Counted from the stretch's first letter, positions 24,951-37,612 are shown. The stretch: 64,000 nt of DNA from Chiloscyllium plagiosum (GCF_004010195.1 NC_057751.1:6893934-6957933), one strand, 5' to 3'. Program-made: numbers and translations. The notes: generated by a model from the letters alone, not told the origin.

Positions 24951-26349
24951 GAACATAAGGAATGGAAGCAGGGTGACACCATTTAGCTGATCACGATTGC
25001 TCACTACTGTTCAGTGCAATCATGGATGATCTTTGGCATCAGTTCCATTTCCCACTGATTGGCAGATCCCTCAATTTGCTAAAAAGCTGTCTGCCTCAAC
25101 CCTCGCTACATTCAGCGATGTCGCATCCACAACACTCTATGTTAAAGTATTCCAAAGATTGAGGGAAGAAATGTTTCCATATCTCAATGCTAAACGATCA
25201 GCCCCTTATCCTGAGATTATTCTGGATTCCTCATCCATGGGAAATGGGTCCCCTCTGTTGCCCTTGGTGCAGTGCAATAGTTAATTCTAGCGATATCAAG
25301 GCATGGAAGAATAATTCAGGAACAATGCACTGAGGCAGGGGCAGATTTGATGGAGGTGGAAAGATTGTCATACTGGACATGCAGATCCCAGTGTGAAACC
25401 TGACTTGACAGAGTCTAAATTTTAATTTAATTTCTGTTTACAGCTGAGTTAGCAACTGAACATACTCACAAGACGCTAGCAATGAAATTTGAAACAAAAA
25501 TACAAAAGCTTATTGCACAAAAGAAAATAAATGAACTGTATAACACCATATAAGAACCATTGTGAAATCTCATTACAAACATCAAAAACAATGATTCATC
25601 ACTTTTATCCCATTAGTGCCCTTACAGATACCCAAACCTTGATGAAAAGTCTTCGAGCACTACACTGAAGTTTCCTACTCAGCTAGCAGAGCTGTAATCA
25701 GTTTCCATTCGGTGCATTTATGTTCACTGGACGCAATTTTTTTTCAGATAATGTGTCGCCCTGACACCTTTAAAATAAGTTGGCCTTTTTAAATTAAGTT
25801 CAGCTCGAGACTGTTTAATGTGGATTCTTTCAATGTATACCTTCAAAACTTGTGTTGGATGTTTCCAAGTCTGAGATCTCCACTGTCTTCTGCTTCCAGC
25901 GCTTTTTTTCCCACTGACTTCTGAACATTCCAGGACTTCTCCCATCCCTGATGGCTTGCAGACTGCTAAGGTTGTTACAGGCCTCTTTCCCCTGAATGAT
26001 CCTGCTTCCGACCCCCCTTTCTCTGGTGGTCAGAAGATTCAAGACAGCAAACAACTTAGCAATTCTCACCCCAGCTGACTTGCTAGTAATCTGGCCGAAG
26101 TCAAATGACTTCTTTGAAGCGCTCTTTGGAAATCAATGTTCAAAATTCTGTTCTGACCTGAAAGATTGTCGTAACTTCTCAGAAAAGATTTTTCCTTTAA
26201 TTCTGAACCCATCTCCTCAAGGAACAATGAATTCACTTTGAACCTTCATAACAGACGAGCAGGGGTATACAACTGTGACTATACAAGGCCCTGATCAGAA
26301 TTCATTCCAAATTTCCCTTGAATTGAACAGCACGCTCAGACTATTTCAG

Positions 26350-26605
26350 TGGGCAGTTAAGAGTTAGAAGCATTGCTGTTGGTCCGGAGTCACATGATGG
26401 CCAGATTGGGTAAAGACAGCAGATTTCCTTCTCTAAACAACATCTTTGAAATAAATGGGTTTTTGCAACAAACACTAGCAGTTTCATGGGCAGTACGACT
26501 TAGACTAATTTCCAACTCCAGGTTGAATTTAATTTAAATTCCAGCAGCTTGCTGGCTTATTAGCCTCTGTCTTATTAATCCAGTGACATTACTGCTACAC
26601 CACCA
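26350..26605 (-). mobile_element. tRNA-derived SINE (same family as 51768-52020)
   Basis: Reverse strand begins tggtggtgtagcagtaatgtcactggattaataag and ends ..gtgactccggacc..actcttaactgccc. Confidence 0.65.
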
Positions 26606-27884
26606 AGTCAGGAGGTAAAATAAACAGTTTGAGACCTCTTAAAATGAAAAATAAAGCACATACTTATTCAAAGATTTTAAGGTTTTCTGAATGGAATAAT
26701 ATCATTCAAAAAATTTACCTCTGGTGATATAAACAATGAGAGGAAAGTTGTGACAATTTATAGGAGGTAAAAGATGGAAATATCAGATAAGAACTGTGAG
26801 GGGGTCTCTTCAGGTTTCTGTGTATCCATGATATTGCAGAGTGGGCAGATTTCCAAGTTTGTTTTTTTCTGCTTGAATAGTAACAGCATCTCATTTCTTC
26901 CCCTGTCTCTCGCTGAGTGATTGAAGCGAATAAGGTAGATGTGCTCAGGTTCAAGCAAGAACGAAATTAGGAAGACAGTGAAGAAACATTTAAAACCTCC
27001 TGAGTAATGCAGTAGCATCATGCGTTAACACAGGATAACTGGCTAGAACAGTTTAATTCAATTCGATGGGAGTGAATCATAGGCTCTGTGCTTACCAGGG
27101 TTGAAGGTCAGTTACATCGTAAAAGCAAGACTGCATGATGAAGGGAGTCAGAAAAAGCCTCACTCAGTGTTGTCTGTGCTACTGTAAATTATGAGTGGGA
27201 AGCATCAGGAGGTACTAAAAAAGATATAAACCACCAATTTTTATGAAGCTTCAGGACAAAAGAATGTGGTTAGTACTCCTTGAGGTACATCCAACACTGT
27301 CTGATCATCATATAGAAATTCAGAAGAGAATTGATTTTCAATCTGTGGGAGAGACAGTGAAAAGAAGAAAGGGAGTCTGCTGAAAACTGAGATTGTGCTC
27401 AGTGAAACTGTTAATAATTAACCATTAACTGTTAATGTTGTATGAGCATCAGAACATTGGAATTGCAATGCATGCCTAACTTGGTGCAAAGCTGAGACTT
27501 AAACAAAGAGGTTGGAGGAGAAAAGTATTTAGTGAGAGCAACTAATATGAGAGCTCTGAAATTACACAGTGCTTTACTGAATTCATATGTGAGTGAAGTG
27601 TCCATCCATTTACTTGCTCTCTTCACTGAACAAGTTGAAGAATTTCATGTCAAGTTATCAAACGCTCCTACAAAGCACTTTAAGAGCTAAAGTGTTTGTG
27701 TGCAAGAAGCTCAAGGATCTTAAATCACCTGAGCTTCATTGAAACCGCACAGGTTCTTGTGTTTTCCTCAACTTCTCTCTCCTCTTGCTTCTTGCATAGA
27801 TGCACCAAAAGATGAATCATTTTCCTAAAGAGTGCAACCAGCAATTTTTGGCGAATTACCACGCAATGAAAACTTACATTTGCG

Positions 27885-28090
27885 GGTGTGTAGTGATTGG
27901 AAGGAGGGCCAGGTGCATCTCGTCGAGTATGAGTTCCCTAATTGGGAAGCCAGTCAGGGAGGCCTGGCTGACAAATATAACAAGAGATTCAGAGACTGGC
28001 TCTGAGCAAGTGAGTCAGAACCCATGTACTGTGCACAGGTAAGTAAAGGGTGACTTAGTGACGGGATACCAGCCTCTGTGCAGTTTTTTT
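27885..28090 (+). mobile_element. Probable short solo LTR remnant
   Basis: ccctaattggg...gtcagggaggcctggctgacaaatataa (TATA-like)...tgtactgtgcacaggtaagtaaagggtgacttagtgacgggataccagcctctgtg (degenerate polyA signal); termini decayed. Confidence 0.4.
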
Positions 28091-28440
28091 GAGGATGATA
28101 GAATTACTGTGATACTATGACTAAGCTTGTATTCGGAGGACCAGGCTCATTCTCTGGGGACATGGATTCTCAACATGATGAGCGAGCTCAGAGCCAGTCC
28201 CTAGAATGAGGAGACTTTCTGAATTTCCTGTCCATATCTGTCAGCTGGTACGATACAAACTCAATTTTTTGAAAAATCTGGAACTGCAAGGTGTCCTCCA
28301 TAATGGTTGCCAAGAAATACCATCACAAAAGAATTCATCTTATTTGCAAATGTTCTTTTGGAGAGAATATTTGTTTTAGCATGTTTGTGACTCCGGACCC
28401 ACAACAACATGGTTGATTCTCCAACCTGTGAAGTGGTCTC

Positions 28441-28577
28441 CTGATGAAGGACTCCAGCCTGAAACATCGATTTTCTTGCTCCTCTGATCATCGATTTTCT
28501 TGCTCCTGACCTGCTGTGCTTTTCCAGCAACACACTTTCAACTCTGATCTCCAGCACCTGCAGACCTCACTGTCTCC
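28441..28577 (+). mobile_element. Solo PLE pLTR-derived insertion (family A) with exact 10-bp TSD
   Basis: Begins ctgatgaaggactccagcctgaaacatcga, ends ccagcacctgcagacctcactgtctcc; aagtggtctc at both 28431-28440 and 28578-28587; interrupts a SINE tail. Confidence 0.85.
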
Positions 28578-29371
28578 AAGTGGTCTCACAAGCCTCTTGT
28601 TCAAAGGCAATGAGGGACAGGCAACAAATGCAAAGGCACATTTATCTGAAAAATCTTGAATTTGTCCCTGTTGAGACTAACTGTAAGCTTAATGTGCTAT
28701 TTTGAAAATGTTGTTCTTGATTGGACATGGCTGCCAAGCATAGCAATTATTTCCATTTGTTCTTGCACTTGAGCATGTGGTCACTTTTCAGAACTGCTAC
28801 AGTCAGTATGCTGAAGTTTGTTGTCATAATGCTTCTCCGTAGAGAGTTCTAGAATTTAGGCCACATAGCACTGCAAGAACAACAATATATTTTCAAGTTA
28901 GAATGATATGCAGCACAAATGGGAATTTAGAAGCGTTGTTGTTCTCAAGTGCTTGCTGCCCTAGTTTTTCTAGCCAGTGGCTGTCTTTGATTTGGCTGGT
29001 GCTGTTGAACCTATTGAGTTACTGCAGTTCATCTTGTAGACAGTACACACTGAAGCCACTGTGCGCTGGTATTTCTGAGATTAATTGTTCTAAGTTGGTG
29101 GATGGACTGCTCATGCAGTGAACTTGGGAATTAGAAATGAGAATGTCTATTCAACCAATCTTAATGCATCTAGCCGGTTATCTCCATGGTAACATCCCAA
29201 GTGTTCTATCCACGATTCCAGGACAGATTTGTTTTCTGAGAAAACAAGTTTTTCAGGTTTGTTGTGTGAATAAATTGCTGCAGTAACTTCTGAGGAACAG
29301 AACATGATACCATGTAATATTTCATGTGGGCCTGAAATGGGACATAACTCAATAATATATTTCGTACCTTT

Positions 29372-30120
29372 CAGAGTCATAGAATCAAACAGCACAGAAA
29401 CAGACCCATCAGTCCAACCAGTCTATGCCGAACACAATCTCAAACCAAACTAGTCCCACCTGCCTCTCTGTGCCCCACATCCCTCCAAACCTTTCCTATG
29501 CGTGCACTTGTTCAGATTTCTTCCAAACATTGTCATTGTGCCCACATCCACTGCTTTCTCAGGAGGTTAATTCCAAAAGCAAACTGCCATCTTGTGTGAA
29601 ATATTTGCCCCTCGTGTCTTTTTTAAAACTTTCTCCTGAAAAATGTGTTCCCTAATCTTGAAATCCCCATTCTAGGGAAAAGACACTTACCATGAACTCT
29701 AGCTATACCCCTCATGATCTTACATAAGGTCACCTCTCAACCTCCTAGCTCCAGTGAAAAAAAATCCCAGTCTATCAGGTCATTCCTTATAAACCTTCTA
29801 TACCAGGCAGCATCCTGGTAAATCTCTTTTGAGCCCTGTCCAGCTTAATATCCTTCCTATTACTAGGTGACCAGAACTGGACACAGTATTCCAGAAGAGG
29901 CCCCACCAATGTCCTGTACAACCTAACTCCTCACCTTCCCAACTCCTACACTCAAGGACTGAGCAAGAAACATCTTTTTAACCATCCTGTCTATATGTGT
30001 CGCAAACTTCAAAGAATGATGCACCTGAACCCCTTGGTCCCTCTATTCTACAACACTACTCAAGGCCCTGCTATTAATTGTTTAAGTCCTACTCTTGTTT
30101 GTTGTATCAAAATGCAATAC
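29372..30120 (-). mobile_element. CR1 LINE 3' region
   Basis: agagtcatagaatcaaacagcacagaaacagaccc...aggtcacctctcaacctcct...gaccagaactggacacagtattccag...caccaatgtcctgtacaac. Confidence 0.82.
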
Positions 30121-31659
30121 CTAGTGTGCCAAGTATATAACGCAGAAAGAATGTCCATCAAAGAAATGAGGTTAGAGGATAAAATGACAATTTTGATGTT
30201 CTCAATGGGCTCCTGAAAGCAATGTGATGGGCTGTTCATGGCTTAAGAAGTTTCCAAGACATCAAGCATTTGCACTGTTTTTTGCTGATATGAGGAGGGG
30301 AAAGCAGAATGTTTTCGATAACAGATGGTTCCAAGTTGTGTCGGGCAACAGAGGAATATGTAAACACTTGGTAAGTCATTGAACTCATGGTTTCTTCAGC
30401 TGTTTAGAGGGGAAGCTGTTGTGTCCAAGGTGAGAGAGCAGATGAAAACAAGGAATGAAACAACCCAAGAGTGAAGAATGCCAAGTAGACCAAATATTAT
30501 GATTGCAACCAGACCGAATTGGATGTGGGTATGGATTAATAGTGTGTGGAAAATCTTTCAAAATTACTGAAGGACAGGACTGGAAATTAAGTATATATAT
30601 TGTTCGAGATGGATTGGAATCCTGATAATTATGGGCTCTTAGCATAATAAATTTCGATAAATAGCACTTGGAGACTAGATTAGGCCATTCAATCCTTTGA
30701 TTCTGTTCCATAATTCAATCAAATCATGGTTGATGTTGTTGTGCTCTCAGCCCCAATTTCCTGTCCAACCTCTGTATCCCTTGATTCCCTTTTCTTTCAA
30801 AAAATCTATATTATGCTGCCTTAAATAAATTCAATCAAGGAGTTTCCATTCTCTCAGCAGAGAATTCTATAGACTAATGACCTTCAACGTCACTATCGTC
30901 CTGATGGAGAAAGTTTTATCTGTCATTATAACAGATGCATGTCTGACTCCACCCTGGAAGAATCTCTGTTTTTCTGAGAAACCTCAATCTCCCTCCTGTT
31001 TAATACATCCAAATAAATTGCACGCACGGACAGCCTGCAGCAGAATTACTTGTCTCTTTCCACCCTTGTTCACATCACTAATTGTGAAGCAGTAACAAGG
31101 AGAAAGGCACAAATTGAACAGCAGCACGAACCAAACTGAACTGAGGAGGTGTTACAAAGTGGATAGTTAAGCAGCATTTGATGAGGCGTCACAAGAGACA
31201 TCTGCAGCTGCAGTGAAAGGTCTCAGAATAAAGAAAGATGTTCCTCATTGGAAGAAAAATAATCTTGTAAAGTAAGAAAGGAAAGATTATAATTTGTGAT
31301 GAGTTTTAATTAAATGTGCATTACCTGTCAAGTTGCAAAAGGCCCAAGTCTCCTTGGCTTCAGCTAATCATGCGTGAATTATATCGTGAAAGTGTTTTGG
31401 ATTGCAGATGATTTCAACCAACATGAGGCAGAAGCAAGTTCAGGGAAAAGGGTAAACAATTTATAAATGCAAAGGAACTTGGGAACTGAGTGGAATATTC
31501 AGAAGTATTGAACTGGATGGGGAGCTTATCTTAGATGAAGGAGTGTTAGCAAAATGGTAGTCTTTAAAATTGTGAAGCAAGTTCACTGGGAAGATTTCAT
31601 CATTTGTCAAGGAATACAAAACATCAGGCCGTTATGACAGTGTAGTTACGAACACATCT

Positions 31660-33000
31660 AATGTTTGTCATGGTTACTGCATGTGGGAGCTCCTAGATGC
31701 CAGTGTGCACCAGGGCATAGACATCTGCACAAAGTGTTTGTGGTTTGATGAACTTAGCCTCCAGCTCAATGAGTCTAAGCCAAAGCTACAGACAATGCGA
31801 CTCTTCCCAGAAAATTTACCTGGAATTGCAGTACTGGGATGTGGTCCCACCATTTTGGATAGGGTCCTCTGATTTGGTGAATGGTCATGGACAGGGGAGT
31901 GTGACTGCAGCTGGGTTCAGGGAAGGAGACTCCGAGAGCAGGAAAGGTGTCTAGACATGGTCCAGTGAGGTCTGAGGTTCCTTCAGCTTTTTTGGTGGAG
32001 AGAAAGGAATGCAGGGTGGCCTTTTACAGGAAACCATCCAAACGACAGGTGTCATAAGAGATGCGGTGGTACGATGGAAGCAGTATATTGAAGGAATTGG
32101 CACTGTTCCGTGCAGCAATGACCAAGAATCCAGAAAGTTGTGTTGCCTGGTGGGGACAAAGGTTCAAGACAGAACTGGAGAGAAACTAGGATTGGGAGGG
32201 GCAGGATCCACGTGGTTCATTTCAGTACCAAAGACATCGACAGGTCAAAGAAAGAGGTTTTACTCATTGCAGTTAGGCACCAAGTGATGATGCAGAGTCT
32301 CAAAAGGAATAATCTCTATTGTTATCCAAGCCACGTCCAAATTAGCACAGGGCTAGGAGGATCATCGAAATGAATAAGTGGCAGAAACACTAGTGAGCTT
32401 GAAGAGGATTCCAATTTAAGGGGCATGAGTACCTGGATTGGAGCAAGTGTGGGATAGACCTTTGGGGTGATCCAAACCTGAATTATGCACAGACCAGAGT
32501 TTTATTATGCATCAGCTTTTTAAAGCATTGGTGACACTATATTTGGAGCCCTTTATGTAGTACTGGTCTCCTTTTCCAACCAGCGATATTATGCATTGAG
32601 ATATTCATGGAACAAATGGCTGGAATGGGGAAAGGTTGGACAAGCCTGGCTTTTTATCAGCTGAAGTTCAGTGATGCATCTTGAATGAAATGTATCCCGT
32701 CAGAAATTGTCGAGGTGAATGTGGAACAGTGATTCCCTTTTGTGGGAAATTCTAGGCCATAGGTCCATTGTTCTACTTAATGACAGAAATAAGGATGAAT
32801 TATATTCTTGCAGAGTGGTATGAGTCTTAGCAACTCTCGAATTGGAAAGTTAGCAGAAGCTGAGCTTGTCCATATTTTTAAGGCAGAGGTCGTGAGGTTC
32901 CTGATGAGCATGAGCTGAAGGTGGAGTAATTAGATTGGCCATGATCTGGTGGAGTGGTAGAACATGTCTCAGGAATTTACTCCTGGTCTGTGTTCATATG
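31660..33000 (+). mobile_element. Degraded CR1 with ORF1 (Zn-finger/leucine zipper + esterase-like) followed by ORF2 3' end
   Basis: MWELLDASVHQGIDICTKCLWFDELSLQLNES (CR1 ORF1 N-terminus-like) and SRKLCCLVGTKVQD (like SR.VCCLPGA.V.D); from about 32530 ORF2 C-terminal-like tactggtctcct and 3' UTR ggccatgatct. Confidence 0.65.
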
Positions 33001-33052
33001 ATCATTACAGACAACTCAGCAGATGCCTGTCTTTCCGAGACTGATTATTATA

Positions 33053-33954
33053 CAGAGAAACCTCGATTATCCAAACCAGATGGGCGGGCAGTATTTTGTT
33101 CGGATAATTGATTATTTGGATGACTGATCCAATGCCTCTCCTCTGGGACTCGGAGTTCCCTCTTTCCTCTCTCTGCCTGCCTTGCTCCTGCTCTCTGTCT
33201 CAGTGTCTGTTTCTGAGCAGACACACATTTGTGTTTAATGGACCTGCAGCCTTTGCTGAAGCCTCTCCCTGCTTCTGCTTTACTTCAATAGGATTGACAG
33301 AGGGAGCACCCTGAGTCCTCTCCCTGTTCAGGAGACGAGGCAGTAGCACAGTGGGTCAGTAAACTCCTCCCTTCCCCCAAAGCTATATGCCTTCAACTCT
33401 CCACATTTCCAGCCAGTGGATGAGGAGTGAAGCTGCCAGATACCTCTTACCTCTTCATCCCAATGTGACTCTGGAACAAAATGAAGTAACGGAATGGAGT
33501 CGGTAGCCGGACTGGACACCAACAGCAAGACTGCTGCTGCCTTTGAGTCTCAAAGTAGTCTACACACACAAAACTTACTACTTATCTGCAGCTTGTAGAT
33601 AAGTTCCCACTCTGTACAGGACAATGCTGGAGGGATTATCTGGGGTCTTTACAGGTATTTGAGAATATTCAGCACTCTGAATTTGCCCAGATTGTCATTC
33701 TGCCCGTCCTCGTTGGAAGGGGAGAGAGAGAGAGAGTGAGATAGAGAGAGAGGCCAGTCTTTTGGAGACGGTGCTTGGGCTCTTATCGATGTCCAGAACT
33801 GTTCTTGGCAGCATTTCAATCAGCCGATTTCACTTTTAATCAATGTGAACAAAAGACACGATCATGTTGGTAACACCTCTTTGATGTAATGTTTGCACAG
33901 GACCTTGAGATCTTCTTCGGATAATCCGAAATTTGGATAATCAAGGTTCCTCTG
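33053..33954. mobile_element. Non-autonomous Tc1/mariner (Tigger/pogo-type) DNA transposon
   Basis: TA|cagagaaacctcgattatcc ... ggataatcaaggttcctctg|TA: TIRs match at 18 of 20 nt, TA TSD, subterminal ggataat repeats, no transposase ORF. Confidence 0.85.
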
Positions 33955-34469
33955 TATACAAATTGCATGGTGCAGTTGAAATGAAGAGCAGAGCTCTGGT
34001 GGATACTTGTAAGGCGGAAGTAAGTCAAATAACTGAGAAAGGAGAGAGGACCACTGTCTCTTCTCAACTGAGATGTCACAGAATGACAAGTTCTGCTTGG
34101 AGCATGAGTACCAGTACATCTGGGCTGAATGGCCTCCTTCTATGCTGGAAATTATGTCCACACAGTTAAATTTTAGCACTAGTATATTGTCAATACGATT
34201 GCCAAATCAGCAAAGAAAGCATGACACTTACACAAGCCTCTTCCACAGTGTCAAAGTGTCTCAAATTTCTTCATGGCCAGTGAAATGCTTTTCGAATTGC
34301 AGTCAACGTTGTTGTGTTGGAAACATAACAGCCTGTTTGTGCACAGCAAACTCCTGATCATATTCAGTAGGTTCTGTTCATACATATTAAACATCTTGTT
34401 GATGAAGACAACATGGGAAACAGATTGTCAACATTGAGTTGGAAATGATACCTCGATTATGGATTTGCT

Positions 34470-34886
34470 GTTGTGGCTCAGTGGTAGCGTCCCTGGTTCT
34501 GATCCAGGAGGCCTGGGTGTTTTCCAGAGGCATATAATATCATCGTGGAATAGGTTGATGAGAAAATAGGTTAAGACTGTTGCGCACAGTAGTAATGTCT
34601 CTGTCTCTTGCCCAGAACACCCAGGTTTAAGTCCCATCTGCTCCAGATGTGTGTTAAAATATCTCGAAACAGGTTGATTAGAAAATATTGACATGCTGTC
34701 TGAACTCTCAATCCTTGTTCCCTATTTAATCTGAACAAAGCTAAATCCTGAAAAATTACAGAAGTTTCAGGGCTCTTGTGACATAGTGGCAGTGTCCCTG
34801 ACTCTGGACTAGTGTGTCTGCTTTTAGGTCCCATCCTCTCCAGAGTTGTGTCATGCCATGACTGAGTATATTGATTAAAAATATCT
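34470..34886 (+). mobile_element. Cluster of three ~110-bp tRNA-headed short elements
   Basis: Units at about 34470, 34579 and 34771 share an A-box-like tgtggc.cagtggtag.gtccct, then tccagag and a ttgatta.aaaata end; related copies lie on the minus strand near 23720-23850 and 24434-24500. Confidence 0.6.
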
Positions 34887-36749
34887 GCCTAGATGCAAGT
34901 ATATATATAAAGAAAAATCACCCAACACTACAAGAAGTGTTTGGCGGAGGAGATGTAAGCTCTGGGGAGAGCAACAAACAGTCGCTACAAAAGTATTCTC
35001 TTTGTCTTTCTCTTCTCAAATAAGTCTTGAGGTCCTCCGAACAACTAACTCTCTTCTGTCCGACTAACTACCATTACACTCAGTTATTTTGTCCCTTAAT
35101 GGGGGAAACAGCCCTACTGAGAGCCAATTAATTGTCTGCTGCTCGCAAGTTGCATTCCCAGGTTCTGCTGAGCACTGTACAGTTTTGGCCTTGCAACAGG
35201 AGAGTTGGCAGTACCACAGACTGCAGCCCAGGCATTTGCTACAGTTATTTTATACAAATCAATCTTCCACAAATTTGTTAAAACCTTTCTCATCTATATT
35301 TTCTTTTTGCTTCTTTGAAGTATGTTTTGTCTTTCTTGCTTTTATCCCATGTATTCAGCACCTCCAGATTCTAAACTCTAGAGCTGGTAAGATTGCTTAG
35401 TTTGCGTCAATTTAAGATTGACTTTCAGCCTCTCTCTGTTAGTCTCCTGGCTCTGTCCAAGCATGAAGTCATCCATACTAGCTGACCAGCTGTCTCTGAT
35501 CTTGACTCTTTGATGAACAACGCAATTCCACTCAAACCATTTCACTCATTCTTTTCTGACTGCTTTTCGTTTCTTCAGCTCTGAGGTTCAAACAATAATT
35601 GATAAATTACGTTGAGAGGTTCAGAAAGGAATTGTGTTGTTATCAAGGGAAAAACTGGATAATAGAACAGTAGCACTTATAGACAGTGAAAGTGACTTCA
35701 GAAGAGCAAAATCAGCTCACTTTTTGTCTGTTAATTACATGGTTTCAGTTTGACAATGGCACAAAAGTGAGGGCCTGACTTGTCAATATGGAGTTCAGTA
35801 TCCAAAGCGCAGCATCGTGAAATTAACATGAGAATGTTGTCCCCAGTAACTCCAGTGCATTTCACATATTTAGTTAAACCATACAGATGATGCTTAATTT
35901 CTCTTAATGTGGCATATGTTAAGATGTTTATCTCTTGGCACCAGTGCTACCCACTGCTGACCTTACCTGGTCTGGCTAACGTGTGATGACAAATCCATAG
36001 TAAGTGGGTTGATTCTTAACTGCTTTCTGGGCAATAAGGATGGGAAATAAATGTTGGTCTAGCAAGTGACAGACGCATCCTCTTCAAGAATAAAATAAAG
36101 GGACTAGTCCTCACTGCTATTCCATATGAACTTGCAAATGAGGGACAGAATTAGGCCATTCAGCCCCATGACCTTGTACTTACATTGAATATAATCAAGG
36201 CTGATCTGTGTATGTTTTGAATTCCTCATTCTCATGTATCCATGGTAACCTTTGATTTTCCTTGCCAACCAACAATCTACGTACCTCATCCTTCAAAGTG
36301 TTTAATAGTCCCACGTCCACCGCCTTGGAAAGCAGAGGATGCCAAAGTGGAAAGGAAGATTTCCATTCACACGAGCGAATGTGTGACCATTAAATCTAAA
36401 TATAAACTGGTAGTGCAGAGAAATGGACAGACTAGTGAGCTGATTGAAATCAGAGGCTGAATAATGTTATATAGGATTTACTGTGAACATTGAAGCTCCA
36501 ATAATGATGAGAAAATAAGTTACACAAAGATAGCAAAGTGGCCAGTTCGCTGCAAGCGATCTGGTTAATTAGCTGACCTGACAGGAGAGGCTTCTTTTTC
36601 AGGGCAGACAGTTCCACTTTTGGTTGCAACGATAAAATCATCATTGTCTCATTCGAGAGAGATGATGTGGAGATGCCGAAGTAGTAGGACTGGGGTGGAC
36701 AAGGTCAAAAATCAAACAACACCAGGTTATAGTCCAGCAGGCTTATTTG

Positions 36750-36931
36750 GCACCAGGTTATAGTCCAACAGGTTTAATTGGAAGCATTAGTTTTTGGATT
36801 TTCCACAGCCACCTGATGAAGGAGCAGTGTTCCGAAAGCTAGTGCTTCCAGTTAAACCTGTTGGACTATAACCTGGTATTGTGTGATTTTTAACTTCGTA
36901 CACCCCAGTCCAACACCAGCATCTCCAAATA
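36750..36931. mobile_element. Palindromic PLE-derived element (family B), inner copy nested in the outer copy
   Basis: caccaggttatagtccaacaggtttaattggaagca..., then cacctgatgaaggagc...tgcttccagttaaacctgttggactataacctggt...catctccaaat; flanks aggcttatttg (36739-36749) and aggtttatttg (36932-36942). Confidence 0.78.
36810..36844 (+). ncRNA. Minimal type I hammerhead ribozyme motif, intact core, sense to the UNC5D pre-mRNA
   Basis: CAC-CUGAUGA-A-GGAGC-AGU-GUUCC-GAAA-GC-UA-GUG: stem I CAC/GUG, stem II GGAGC/GUUCC, loopless palindromic stem III (AGCU). Activity untested. Confidence 0.7.
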
Positions 36932-37069
36932 AGGTTTATTTGAAATTGCAAGCTTTTGGAGCTCCATTGCTTCCGCAGACGTGGTATCCCCTATCACTGG
37001 AACTCTGAAAGCTTGGAATTTCAAATAAACCTGTTGGACTATAACATGATGTCATTTGATTTTTGACAT

Positions 37070-37240
37070 TAGAGAGAAAGAGGGAACTGGTGGTGAGTTT
37101 AACCTGAGGGTCAACAGACCTCAGGTGAGGGTGAGAACGTAGGATCTTCAGCATAACCTCAGGCATTTCAGGAACTGAAGCCAAGCTGTTGCTGTCACTG
37201 TGCATAGCAAGATCAGCCGGCAAGCTGACTGAGCAAACTA
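37070..37240 (-). mobile_element. tRNA-derived SINE (host of the family B palindromes)
   Basis: Reverse strand: tttgctcagtcagcttgccggctgatc..gtgacagcaacagcttggcttcagttcctg..ctgaggttatg..ccctcaggttaaactcaccaccag. Confidence 0.55.
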
Positions 37241-37482
37241 ACCCTGAATAAAATAAATCATGTTCCCAGAAAAACCAAAGGATTGTTCTCTCATTAGAAA
37301 GAGACAAGTAATGTGTTCAACTTGAGGCAAATGGTGAGGGCGATAAGGCAGGATCTTCCTGGTGTTCTCATCCAGCTTGGGAATTGATTCCCTTTTATTT
37401 GGGGTTGTTTAATCAAGGACCTTATGTCATTCCCACCCTTTCTTGAGTTAGTGTACTTTTGAGTGTGCAATTATTTCTGATC

Positions 37483-37612
37483 AGGCGAAAGTGGCTATTG
37501 CAGATGCTGGAGATTAGAGTCAAGATTAGAATAGTGCTGGAAAAGTATAGCGGGTCAGGCAGCATCCGAGGAGCAGGAAAATCAACGTTTCGGGCAAAAG
37601 CCCTTCATCCAG
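37483..37612 (-). mobile_element. PLE pLTR-derived element (family A)
   Basis: tgcagatgctggagattagagtcaagattaga..tgctggaaaag..gtcaggcagcatccgaggagcaggaaaatcaacgtttcgggcaaaagcccttcatc. Confidence 0.8.

Larger units (their letters stand above)
36661..37066. mobile_element. Palindromic PLE-derived element (family B), outer copy
   Basis: Left arm ggagatgcc..ggactggggtggacaaggtcaaaaatc..caccaggttatagtcca; right arm gaaagctt..tttcaaataaacctgttggactataac; flanks cattcgagaga (36650-36660) and cattagagaga (37067-37077). Confidence 0.78.

Noticed and set aside
34470..34886. CRISPR-like array
   Set aside because: Eukaryotic context; units are long, diverged and tRNA-like rather than short identical repeats with unique spacers.
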